Below are positions 50,130-60,749 of a stretch of DNA of 64,000 nucleotides, piece after piece (position 1 is the first letter of the stretch; each line of letters starts with the position of its first letter). The notes beneath the pieces are model-generated. The model was not told the DNA's origin. It was given only the letters and a program-made list of their open reading frames with translations, and ran no database searches. Origin of the DNA: Sporopachydermia quercuum (taxonomy: Eukaryota); NCBI GenBank assembly GCA_001599295.1, contig BCGN01000003.1, positions 1,302,001-1,366,000 of the forward strand, read 5' to 3'. The position numbers and the translations under genes are program-made.

Positions 50130-53100
50130 ATGACTTCAACATTCAAACAACCGTTGACTCCAGCAATGACACCATCTTCAAAGAGAGCTTCTGAAGAAGG
50201 TAGTGAGAATACTACACCTACAGGTAGCAACAGTACTGGAACTAAGGGTAGAAGAAACGGATTACCGAGAAAGAACACCGATAAGTTAAAACAACAATCG
50301 TTATTATCTTTCTTTTCCAAAGTAACTCCTATTTCACCAAAGAACAATTCTGATGATCTTATAAAATCCAAGAAAACTCAGAAACAGTCCGAAGAACCAA
50401 AACCTGTACTTGGGCCCGAAGCGGAACCTGAACCAAAATCTGATTCCACACCAGCAATTGGCAAATCAAACATTGATTCTAGCGAATTGCCTACGGATCC
50501 ATTTGAAGTCATAACACGTTCTGATGCATCATCGTCTTCTCCCGTTCGTGATTCAAGTCCAACTGCCGGAAGACGAGCAAGAAGACGCGTTAACTATAAC
50601 GAATCTAGTGATGAGGAAATCGAGACAGATACAAAGAAGATTATAGCAAATAAGAAGAGACGTAAGATAGTTGATTCTGACGATGAAGATGAATTCAAGC
50701 CTGAAGATGAAGATAATGAAGAGAACGACTCCGATGTTTCGATAGTTGATTCTGATATTGAATTGGATCTAAACGCTGTTGACGAGGACTCTGAGCAAGA
50801 CAACGATGTTGTAGTTAAGAAGCGAAAGAGTGATAGCAAGCCTTCAAAACTACTATCAAACACACATCCAAGCAAATCCCCTAATAAATTATCCTCTTTT
50901 GCATCATCATCATTAACATCAACAACATCGGCGTCAGCAGCATTAGCGGCAGCAAATAGATCAAAATCAACTAAACAAGTCAAACAGACCAAGTTTGGAT
51001 CAACTCCAAAAAAGCCAGGCCAACCGTCATCATTTGAAGAACAAAACTCCGAAAGATACCAATGGCTATTAAACCTTAGAGATGCTGATAAGAACCCAAT
51101 TGATGAACCCAATTATGACCCAAGAACTCTTTATATTCCACCGCAGGCCTGGAAATCATTCACTCCATTTGAAAAACAGTACTGGGAAGTTAAGAGCAAA
51201 ATGTTTGACACGGTTGTATTCTTCAAGAAAGGTAAGTTCTATGAATTATATGAAAATGATGCAGAAATTGCTCATAATCAATTTGATCTAAAACTTGCCG
51301 GTGGTGGCAGAGCCAATATGAGATTAGCCGGCGTACCAGAAATGTCGTTTGATTTCTGGGCTGCTAGTTTTATTGCTAAAGGCTATAAAGTAGCCAAAGT
51401 AGATCAAATGGAATCCGCTTTAGCAAAGGAAATGAGGGAAAATGGAGATAAAAGTCGTGGTAAAGAAGATAAAGTTGTCAGAAGAGAATTACAGTGTATC
51501 CTTACTGCTGGTACTCTTACTGACGCTGGTATGCTCACTGATGACATGTCTACTTATTGCATGGCTATTAAAGAATCTATTGCGACCAGCGATAGTTCTA
51601 TTGGTGTATCTTTTGTTGATACTGCAACAGGTCAGTTTTTTCTTTCGGAATTCAACGATGATAATGATTTAACCAGGTTTGAAACATTAATTGCTCAAAC
51701 TAGGCCTAGAGAATTAATTGTTGAGAAAGGCAACTTATCATCAAAAGCTAGTAAAATACTAAAAATGAATACGTCTTCGCAGACATTATGGAATAATATG
51801 AATTCTGGTACCGAATTCTGGGATGCTTCAACAACTCGACGAGAAATTAAAGCTGGTGATTATTTCAATAATAGCAGTGAAATGCCCACACCTTTAAAAC
51901 AGCTGATTGATGATAACAATAGCTCAAACAAACCTTCACTTTCAGCATTTGGTGCTTTGTTGTTCTATTTACGCAGCTTGAAGCTGGATAAATCGTTACT
52001 TCCTATTGGCAACTTCCAGGTATACGATCCCATCAAACCAGCAGAAACTCTTATTTTAGACGGCCAGTCTTTGCAGAATTTGGAAATCTTTGTCAATTCT
52101 GACGATGGAACTGACACCGGTACTTTATTCAAGCTTGTTAATAGATGTATCACACCTTTTGGTAAACGATTATTAAAACAATGGGTAAGCCATCCATTAG
52201 CTAAGCTCCAGTCTTTAATCAAGCGTCAAAATGCGGTGGAGTCCTTTATCAATGACAGTAGATTTTTATCTGAAGTTGAAGCAGGACTATCTAATCTACC
52301 TGATTTGGAACGTCTTCTAGCAAGAGCTCATTCCGGGAGAATCTCGGTAAAAGATTTCCTACTGTTAATCAATGGTTTAGAAAGTGCCGAAAAGCTCTTA
52401 GAAACGTTAAAATCCTCTGAAGATCTCGAAATTGAAGAGACGGTGAATTCTATTCCATCAATGTTCCAAGATCAACTAGAAGTATGGTCAAATTCCTTTG
52501 ATAAAGCTGAAGCTCTTGAAGGTTCATTGGTTCCTGAGCCAGGAGTTGAACCAGCATTAGATAATGCTCGAGAGGAAATCGAAAGTATAGAAAAGAAGCT
52601 TCGCAAGGAAATATCAAACTATAGAAAGGTGCTTCGTTGTCAGGATATTTGTTATAGAGATTCAGGTAAAGAGATCTATCTTATAGAAGTTCCAGTCCGC
52701 ATTCAAGTACCATCAGCATGGCAACAAATGGGAGCAACAAGCAAAGTGAAGAGATTCTGGTCGCCAGAGGTAAGGAAACTGGCAAGGGAGCTTCTAGAAG
52801 CTCGTGAACGGTTGAAAGCTGAAGCTGATATTGTCCAAGGAAGATTTTTCAGTAAATTTGCTAGTGAATACAAAACTTGGATCACTGTTGCTAAAGCTAT
52901 TGGCAAGATTGATTGTTTATGCAGTTTAGCTAACACCTCCTTGAGCTTGGGATCACCAGCAGTTCGACCGAACTTTATTCAAACACCGTCAACAGGTAGA
53001 GCGGAGATATCGTTCCAGTCGTTAAGACATCCTTGTTTTAATGCTGGAAGGCATGCAACTGATTTTATCCCTAACGATATTTCCCTTGGCGGAGAGTCAC

Positions 53101-53921
53101 CACGAATGACATTACTTACAGGTGCTAATGCAGCCGGGAAATCAACAGTTTTAAGAATGACATGTATAGCGGTTATTCTGGCCCAGCTAGGCTGCTATGT
53201 TCCTTGTGACAAGGCTACTTTGACCCCTCTGGATGCAGTTATGACTCGTCTTGGAGCTAGTGATAACCTATTCACAGGCAAATCAACATTCCTGGTTGAA
53301 CTGTCAGAAACAAAAAAGATAATCTCAACTGCCACCCCTCGGACTTTAGTTGTAATCGATGAGCTTGGAAGAGGTGGATCCTCTTCCGATGGATTTGCTG
53401 TAGCAGAATCAGTTTTCCATCATTTATCAACTCATGTGCAAACTATTGGCTTTTTCGCTACTCATTATGCTACATTATGGTCATCGTTTATACATCATCC
53501 TGAAATATGTGCTAAGAGAATGGCTATTATGGTGGATGAGGAAGCTCAAGAGCTGACATTCTTATATAAGCTAGAGCCAGGTGTTGCTCCAGGATCATTT
53601 GGTATGCATGTAGCCAGAATGTGTGGAGTTGATAAAGAGATTGTTGATAATGCCAAGAACGCAGCTGAGAGTTTAGAACATACTTCCAAGATACGTAAAG
53701 TGTGGGAAATGACTAGTCAACAAGGTGATCATGTAGGATTAGGTATTCAGAGCGATACTAGTTGGTTAGCTAACAAAGGCAAGCATTATGGCCCTGTTGG
53801 CGGTGATGATGGTGATGGTGATAGAGTATATGATATATTTGAAGGATTGGCAGTAAAGACCGAAGTTTCTAGGAAGGAGATGTTGAAATGCGTTTTAAAA
53901 ATGGCCGAAGAGTTGGTTTGA
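50130..53921 (+). CDS. MSH6: Mismatch repair protein Msh6
   Basis: PIP box QQSLLSFF, YDPRTLYIP, FFKKGKFYELYE, Walker A LTGANAAGKST, DELGRG and STFLVEL motifs. Confidence 0.97.
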   Translation: MTSTFKQPLTPAMTPSSKRASEEGSENTTPTGSNSTGTKGRRNGLPRKNTDKLKQQSLLSFFSKVTPISPKNNSDDLIKSKKTQKQSEEPKPVLGPEAEPEPKSDSTPAIGKSNIDSSELPTDPFEVITRSDASSSSPVRDSSPTAGRRARRRVNYNESSDEEIETDTKKIIANKKRRKIVDSDDEDEFKPEDEDNEENDSDVSIVDSDIELDLNAVDEDSEQDNDVVVKKRKSDSKPSKLLSNTHPSKSPNKLSSFASSSLTSTTSASAALAAANRSKSTKQVKQTKFGSTPKKPGQPSSFEEQNSERYQWLLNLRDADKNPIDEPNYDPRTLYIPPQAWKSFTPFEKQYWEVKSKMFDTVVFFKKGKFYELYENDAEIAHNQFDLKLAGGGRANMRLAGVPEMSFDFWAASFIAKGYKVAKVDQMESALAKEMRENGDKSRGKEDKVVRRELQCILTAGTLTDAGMLTDDMSTYCMAIKESIATSDSSIGVSFVDTATGQFFLSEFNDDNDLTRFETLIAQTRPRELIVEKGNLSSKASKILKMNTSSQTLWNNMNSGTEFWDASTTRREIKAGDYFNNSSEMPTPLKQLIDDNNSSNKPSLSAFGALLFYLRSLKLDKSLLPIGNFQVYDPIKPAETLILDGQSLQNLEIFVNSDDGTDTGTLFKLVNRCITPFGKRLLKQWVSHPLAKLQSLIKRQNAVESFINDSRFLSEVEAGLSNLPDLERLLARAHSGRISVKDFLLLINGLESAEKLLETLKSSEDLEIEETVNSIPSMFQDQLEVWSNSFDKAEALEGSLVPEPGVEPALDNAREEIESIEKKLRKEISNYRKVLRCQDICYRDSGKEIYLIEVPVRIQVPSAWQQMGATSKVKRFWSPEVRKLARELLEARERLKAEADIVQGRFFSKFASEYKTWITVAKAIGKIDCLCSLANTSLSLGSPAVRPNFIQTPSTGRAEISFQSLRHPCFNAGRHATDFIPNDISLGGESPRMTLLTGANAAGKSTVLRMTCIAVILAQLGCYVPCDKATLTPLDAVMTRLGASDNLFTGKSTFLVELSETKKIISTATPRTLVVIDELGRGGSSSDGFAVAESVFHHLSTHVQTIGFFATHYATLWSSFIHHPEICAKRMAIMVDEEAQELTFLYKLEPGVAPGSFGMHVARMCGVDKEIVDNAKNAAESLEHTSKIRKVWEMTSQQGDHVGLGIQSDTSWLANKGKHYGPVGGDDGDGDRVYDIFEGLAVKTEVSRKEMLKCVLKMAEELV

Positions 53922-54543
53922 TTAGTTTTAGTTCTATGGAGGAAGGATGAAATAGCAATGCTATCATCTTATCGAATATTTGATGCTTAAAGGCATGAAT
54001 ATGAATATATGAATATCATGTGTAGTTATGAGGATACTGACTTCTATATTTGTTTTATTTATTATAACAGTTATAAGCGTGTATTGTAGTAGCTTTGTTA
54101 GCGCTGCTGAGACGTGCTTGGTTATGCTTGATTATGTTTGAATTAATAAAACAAGTACTAAGGTGTGAATGTGAGAAATAAAGTAAATAAACATGAACTA
54201 GAGCATATATATTACATAGATCCATATATTTGAGAGATCCGTCTTTATCGTTATATTATTACTTTATTACATTATTGAAAAGAATAGTAGATTAGTTGCA
54301 TATTTTAATCATGGCAATCCTTATTCTAATTCTCTATCCTCACAGTTAATAGTAGAACCCTTGGGGCTCTTGTTATAATATATACATTTATCAACCAATA
54401 ATTATCATATACATTACATTACAAAAAATACCTTTTCTTTTATACTTCCGTAAACCATTTCATTAATTTCATAATATAATACATTTTCTTTTCCCGCAGT
54501 TGTTTTCTCTTCTAATATCAATTCCTAGCAAATAAGCCACATG

Positions 54544-57500
54544 CTAGTCGCTGTTTTCAACAGTTCGTTTGCTCTCAATCCAATTCAAATCATTACGGGC
54601 AAAATTCATATTCAAGTTCATATTTACGACAGCTACTGAATTCTCAATTCCATTATCATTAGCATTGCCATTCAAATGCATCTTATTGCAGTCTTTTTCT
54701 AGCTGTTTTTCTATATTCTTCCTCTCTTCTCTTTTCTTCCTAGCATCACGTCTTCTACACTTCACTTCATACATTGGATCATTTGGTATACTCAAGTCAA
54801 TTCTCCCGTCTGAATAGTAGGCAATGCTTTCAGAAGATTCAATAGGACAATAGAACCACCATTTTGACATTGATTCAAACTTATAGAGTTCCTTCAATTC
54901 ATTAATCTTCGTTGATGATAATGAATCAACCGACACATCAGGTTCATTCAAGTTATAATGTTCGGAAACGAACATCTCATGAATCCACGTTGATAGAGTA
55001 TCAGGATCGCACTGGATATTGACAGGTAGTTTGTTAAGATAGTCAGTGTATAGGATTTCATAGAATGATTTGTTGATCGTAGGATCTTTTGAAAATCTTG
55101 CCTTGAATAAAGGATCATATTTTGGCTTAGATTCAGTGATAACAAACGGATCCTTAGGTATGTTGGCGATTAAATCATTGTTATTGCTCCTGGAAGAGGT
55201 AGAATCTGTAGAATCTTCACTTCCGTTCATTCTATTATATTCAATAGAATTCTTCTTACTGTTGTTCTTGGGAGTCCTTTTGCTATCCTTCTTTCCCTTT
55301 TCACTTATACTTCTTGTTCCATATAACCATTCTTCTGGTGGAGTGATCAAATGATGGTAATCGATTACTTTTGATCCTTTAATACCCAAGCCAGTTTTAC
55401 AAGGAACAATTTCGACTACTACTTTCTTTTCATTTGGTTTATTTTCAGTAACAATAGCATAAGGAACCCATTTGCCCTTGAAAGCTAGTTGAGGAGCATT
55501 TAATGGTGTCGTACTGGTGTTGTTATTTGTAGAGCTAGCAGTATTACCATCATTATGATTAATATCACCTGTGGAGTCAGTATTGCTAGTGCTTCCACTG
55601 ATGTCAGCATTCGATGAGTCTTTCTTATTAATATCTTCAATTAATTGAACCAAATCACCATTGGATAGATTGGAAGCCCATTTATAACAATAACTGAGAG
55701 AATCACTTTTGTTGAATTGCTTTCTTCTATGATATCTGCATAATGTCTTCTTATGTGGAAGGACTGCAGGGTTTTTGCTATCTGTTGCATGAAATGTAGT
55801 GTTGATGGGTTCGTTATTATTACTATCAACTATTGAAACATTCTCATATTTAATAATATTACTAGTTGTACCAATAGATGCCGGCTTGATATTGTCATTA
55901 TTATTTATGTCGATATTGTTCACAATGCCTTTGTATGTCTCCACAACATGATTCAGATCAGCAGTACCATTAGAATGCTCACCAATAATATTCTCTATCG
56001 GTGTATCAATAGTAGCATTATCATTAGCATCAGCATTGGCAGCAGCGACAACATCATCCTTATCCTTATCATCAACTGCAACAATATCCTTGTCAGCAAC
56101 AGCAGCAGTGTCTTTATCAACCTCATTTTCATTATCAACATCAAGCTCCGTACAATTTTCTACACTATCCTCTTCCTTAATTTCCATCCCATTGTTCAGA
56201 CAGTCTAATAAAACACCGCCAGGTAAAGCACATACTCCATGATACCCTCTTGAACAACCATCAGCAAGACAATATGTCATCAGACCTTTCGTTGAACCGC
56301 ATATCAAACATTTATACTTATTATTCCTTTCCAGAAATGCAGTTTCAACCCCAAATGCTTTCTCGCTTCTTTTATCGCGCTTTATAGTTAAATTTCCAGC
56401 CGCTGACGCACATATCCAATGGGCTCTTCCATTATTATCATCAGTTCTTATTAACCGCAGGTATTTATTAGATAATAACTTTTTGGGTAGTCTATTAGGA
56501 CATAAAATACACTGAGGTTTTACCTTCCGACGTTTAGTTTCCTGCTGTTTTTCTGCCTCATTCATAGCTCTTTTCTTATCTCCCGACGTTGAAACCATAT
56601 TAGTACTAGTACCTGTACTATTACAATTATTAGCAGTTGATTTAGAAACACCTGTGGATATACTCGTTGAATCATCAGAATCATCTAATAAATCAGATAA
56701 GGATCCAAGATTCTTATCAGAATCTGAACCACCTAATACATCATCACCATACTGCAGCCTAAGAATCTCATCCATATTGATAGCTACAGCGTCAGATATA
56801 CAGCCACATTTGCCAGCAGCTTTACCATAAGGAATCCATTCTTCTAATGCAAAATTTACAGATTCTGCACAATTATAACCAAAATTGAATCCTGCATGAT
56901 AACCATAAGGATACGTAATAACAAATTCGTTCTGATAATGCACAAGCTTGTTCACTTTGATGTTATACCTTTGCTCCAGTACAGTTGGAGATACTAAGAA
57001 TGTTTTATGACGTAGAAACTCTTTACACCTTTTATATTCTTCTGGCCAAATTTCCTTCATAACGTTAAAAAACCGGTCTTTGCTTTGTTGGGAGATCGAG
57101 TACCATTGTTTCGGTGCTCCAAAATGTATGTAATTGATACTGTATAAATCCATATCTTCTAAATGCCACGAGAAAGTACTTTTCCACAAGCCAGCGTATA
57201 AATAAGCATCATTAACACCAGGAACTTTGACAGCCATGTTATTTAGTATGTTATCAAGATTAGCAACGTTCCAAGTAGTGGTACGTGAATCAAACAATGA
57301 TCCTAATACATCGGCACCATATAAAGGTGAATTATACGAAAGAGATCTCCAATAATCTCTTTCAAGTTCTTGACATCGTTCTTGTGTGAATTCAGAATCG
57401 TCAAATGTATAGTCAAAACCTGAAAACAGATCGTTCTCAATACCTTTATTTGACTGATCTTTGCCTAATCGTTTTCGTTTTCTTTTAGTTGCTTTGTGAA

Positions 57501-57960
57501 GCCTTTTCTCTCCTCTTCTTGCCGGTGGTTGGTGTTCTGATGTTTCAGACATCGCTTTCCATTCAGGTAACGTATAAGAACGCTTCTTTTCAATGTTCTG
57601 TTGTCTATAGATACCACCAGAACCAATGATGTGTTGAACGATTGGGTTTTTTATTTTGATATTCCTGATATTTTCATCCAAGCGTGGAAGTGAAGAGACC
57701 CATTCTTTTGGGGGTATTACTTTCACAATACCGGATTTCATGCCAAAAGGATTGATAGCTGTGACATAGGCATTAAAATCTTTGAATTCTTCCATTGTCG
57801 GTGTAAAAACAGGAATATAAGTATCTCCATAGTAGTAAGCTGGCTCTATTGTACATTTTGATGATGATGATGATGCTGATGGAGAAGGACTACTCGCTGC
57901 ATCAGTATTGACAGTGCTAGACCCAGCACCCGATTCCTGGACTTCTGTTTCAATGGTCAT
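54544..57960 (-). CDS. JmjN/JmjC histone demethylase, KDM4/JMJD2 family (Rph1/KdmA-like), with PHD/ePHD-type fingers
   Basis: JmjN (PVFTPTMEEF...GIVKVIPPKEW) and JmjC with intact Fe ligands WHLED...YGYHAGFN, followed by a Cys/His-rich region. Confidence 0.92.
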   Translation of the reverse strand: MTIETEVQESGAGSSTVNTDAASSPSPSASSSSSKCTIEPAYYYGDTYIPVFTPTMEEFKDFNAYVTAINPFGMKSGIVKVIPPKEWVSSLPRLDENIRNIKIKNPIVQHIIGSGGIYRQQNIEKKRSYTLPEWKAMSETSEHQPPARRGEKRLHKATKRKRKRLGKDQSNKGIENDLFSGFDYTFDDSEFTQERCQELERDYWRSLSYNSPLYGADVLGSLFDSRTTTWNVANLDNILNNMAVKVPGVNDAYLYAGLWKSTFSWHLEDMDLYSINYIHFGAPKQWYSISQQSKDRFFNVMKEIWPEEYKRCKEFLRHKTFLVSPTVLEQRYNIKVNKLVHYQNEFVITYPYGYHAGFNFGYNCAESVNFALEEWIPYGKAAGKCGCISDAVAINMDEILRLQYGDDVLGGSDSDKNLGSLSDLLDDSDDSTSISTGVSKSTANNCNSTGTSTNMVSTSGDKKRAMNEAEKQQETKRRKVKPQCILCPNRLPKKLLSNKYLRLIRTDDNNGRAHWICASAAGNLTIKRDKRSEKAFGVETAFLERNNKYKCLICGSTKGLMTYCLADGCSRGYHGVCALPGGVLLDCLNNGMEIKEEDSVENCTELDVDNENEVDKDTAAVADKDIVAVDDKDKDDVVAAANADANDNATIDTPIENIIGEHSNGTADLNHVVETYKGIVNNIDINNNDNIKPASIGTTSNIIKYENVSIVDSNNNEPINTTFHATDSKNPAVLPHKKTLCRYHRRKQFNKSDSLSYCYKWASNLSNGDLVQLIEDINKKDSSNADISGSTSNTDSTGDINHNDGNTASSTNNNTSTTPLNAPQLAFKGKWVPYAIVTENKPNEKKVVVEIVPCKTGLGIKGSKVIDYHHLITPPEEWLYGTRSISEKGKKDSKRTPKNNSKKNSIEYNRMNGSEDSTDSTSSRSNNNDLIANIPKDPFVITESKPKYDPLFKARFSKDPTINKSFYEILYTDYLNKLPVNIQCDPDTLSTWIHEMFVSEHYNLNEPDVSVDSLSSTKINELKELYKFESMSKWWFYCPIESSESIAYYSDGRIDLSIPNDPMYEVKCRRRDARKKREERKNIEKQLEKDCNKMHLNGNANDNGIENSVAVVNMNLNMNFARNDLNWIESKRTVENSD

Positions 57961-58985
57961 TGTTTACCAAGCGAACACAAGAAAATCAAGCTAGAAGCGA
58001 TGAAAAGTCGACAATGATTATAGCCTGCAGACAGTTGGGCCTTTGACTTAATTATAAGTGATGAAATTGCAGATACAAGACAGTTGTTATTATCTCTATA
58101 GTTAGATATAGCTCACGAAATCAATTGCTGCCTTGCTGAGCCAAAACCGAATACTCAATAGCAGAATCTATCAAGGAATCAAGATAGTTCTAACTACAGA
58201 AGACTTAGCAGTTGATTCAAACTTTGACTAAGTAGCTGTCTTTACAATCTACCTTCCAATCTTCTGAGTTATTATATGACTAAATAAAGTATAAAAAAAA
58301 GCCTGCTACTAATTGACCGTAAAATAAATAGCATAGCAGTTCACTATAGAACATATAATAAAATGATACGATATGATTATGTGGTAGTGACAGGTACGGT
58401 TGTTCCATTGTTAGAGGGAGAAGTGTGAAGATGACAATGAAAATGTAAATGTGAAAGAAAGGACGATGAGATAATATCATGTCATGTCATGTTAGGAAGA
58501 TAATGACAAGTGTGTCAGGAGAATGTCATGGATGACATTAGGGGAGTAGAAATTACTAGATTATATGAACATTTAAAGAAAGGGTGAAATTGGTGGTTTG
58601 AATGAATACATATTACATAATCATAAATTAAATGTATTAACTATAGTACAGTTCGGTGATAGTATGTAATGGATTAAGAGAAAGAACAGATAAAGAGGTG
58701 CAAGGGTGAGCCAGTGATGAATTCTTGGTGTGAGAATAAAGTGAAGTAATAGTTGATGGTTCAACCAGTTTCGTTGAATGATATGATGCCAACATGCCAA
58801 CAGGAAAGAGATGCGTTCATTAAGTCGTTAATTCAGATAGATCAATTATTGATTAGAGCAAGGTTCTGGACTAAACTCAAAGCGAAAACTGGATAAGCCG
58901 TCCTTAAGGGATAGCACGTTGGACTCTTTTAGTATGAAATGAGAGCTAATAACATCACGAGTTTCCAGCTCATTAGTACACAGTA

Positions 58986-60749
58986 CTAAAAAATAGCCAA
59001 GTTCAACCAATCAACAAGTGGTCCAAAGTATTCTCCACTATTACCGTCTTTTGTAACAGTTTTTGATAAAAACTTTTCCTCATTCAAAGATTCTTCTCCA
59101 CTATAAATATTCTCAGTAAGCTCTACAACTGCTCCATACATTGCCTCCTCAATATCAGGATTACATTCTTCTTTTCTCGGCTCCCATTTCCATTCTGAAT
59201 CATCCTTTTTCAGTCCTTTTATAAATTCAGTTCCCTTCCACCAGTTTTCCTTAAATTCAAATTCTGGCTCGTTTTCATTTTTCTCATTTAGCATTATACC
59301 AGCTTTCAGATTTAACTTATTACAGTTCTTTGATCTTTCACGTTCGTTAGCAAACCATGAAGCATTCATTTCGTGCAATTCTAATGCAGCTGAGAAGATT
59401 TCTGCTGTCTGACGGGCAAATCCATGCAAAAATTTCAATATATCTGTCTTGAACAAAATATCGGTACCAAAGGTATAGCATAAACTTCGATATGCCAGCT
59501 GAGCACGATCACTGTGCGTACCTCGCGTAAGGAATGCAAATGTTACCGACAAGTTCTTCACACCAATCTCAGTGCTATATGATTTAGTTCCTAATAAAAC
59601 TTCTAGTGAACAAGCGTATAGGTTGAATATAGCCTTAGCTAAGGTAATACTAACTTCCGGAGAAATTACAGAATTTGCCCAAATGCCTTCTGGTTTCATT
59701 CCGTCTTCGCTTAACTTCCAGAAATGAGAATAACCGAGAATGGAATTTTCCTCCAATATAGCTTTGATCAACGATTTGCTAATAGATGGTCTGAAAGTCG
59801 CTGTTCTGAGATCTCTCAATCCTAGCCACGTAAGAATGAGTAAATCATAGTTTGTTTCACTTTTATCGTCATCTTCTGATCCTAATCTCACGCTGTCAGG
59901 AATTGCAGTAAATGAGTTAAATCCTTGAGGTGCTTTGAATTTGAAAACCGTATGACCATCATCATGTCCATTAAAACAAGTAGGACAAAGAAAATAACCA
60001 CCGCCTTCACCTAGTGTTCTATCTTCAGCTACTACAGAAGTGGCTAACGGGTGAAATGTAGGAGTTGAGCCATGTGAGTATTCCAAGCCGTTATTAGTTT
60101 TCGCATGGAACATATTGCCACTATCGAGTTGCAGCCACCCGAACTTACTGTCATATTCCGAACAAGATGCCCTACATTCTAGACATAAATACCAAGAAGA
60201 TTGCGAAGCAGGATCCAGATCTCTCCGTCTAATGCCGCAATGGGAACAGTTTAATATTCCCCAGTTATACTCTTGGTGAGGATAAGCTGCGTGATTGAGA
60301 ATATCTTTGATTGCTTCGTAATTTGATAGGTCTGCCTCAAAATCCTGATTCTCAGTTGAATCTGATGTTTTGATTAAAAGTGTGGATGGCAAGTCTGCCA
60401 ATGCTTCTTTCAAGATAGGATCCAATGGAATACTATGAAACTTATTTAAAGCTGACGCTTTTCTAGCAAATGTTGCTTTACTATGACCAGTGAAGTTGTT
60501 CTCTAATCTATTAGTATTCCTTGTCCCATTGTTTTCATCACTGCCTGGCTCCCCATTAGAGATAACGTCAGACTCACTCCCATCACTAGCTATCACTCTT
60601 GGTTCAGATGATCTACTATTATTTTCTTTCGCTTCACTGGATTTCGGCCTGGTATTCAGCCATTCATTGATAATAACAAATGCTACAGTGGCTAACGATG
60701 AGACTAAAACTGTGGCTCCAACGACCTTGGATGATTGTAGATAAATCAT
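58986..60749 (-). CDS. N-terminally anchored protein with a ZZ-type zinc finger and a degenerate EF-hand-like region
   Basis: N-terminal hydrophobic helix, CSHC...WYLCLEC...LCPTC...H...HTVFKFK, and an FAFLTRG...RAQLAY EF-hand-like linker. Confidence 0.7.
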   Translation of the reverse strand: MIYLQSSKVVGATVLVSSLATVAFVIINEWLNTRPKSSEAKENNSRSSEPRVIASDGSESDVISNGEPGSDENNGTRNTNRLENNFTGHSKATFARKASALNKFHSIPLDPILKEALADLPSTLLIKTSDSTENQDFEADLSNYEAIKDILNHAAYPHQEYNWGILNCSHCGIRRRDLDPASQSSWYLCLECRASCSEYDSKFGWLQLDSGNMFHAKTNNGLEYSHGSTPTFHPLATSVVAEDRTLGEGGGYFLCPTCFNGHDDGHTVFKFKAPQGFNSFTAIPDSVRLGSEDDDKSETNYDLLILTWLGLRDLRTATFRPSISKSLIKAILEENSILGYSHFWKLSEDGMKPEGIWANSVISPEVSITLAKAIFNLYACSLEVLLGTKSYSTEIGVKNLSVTFAFLTRGTHSDRAQLAYRSLCYTFGTDILFKTDILKFLHGFARQTAEIFSAALELHEMNASWFANERERSKNCNKLNLKAGIMLNEKNENEPEFEFKENWWKGTEFIKGLKKDDSEWKWEPRKEECNPDIEEAMYGAVVELTENIYSGEESLNEEKFLSKTVTKDGNSGEYFGPLVDWLNLAIF

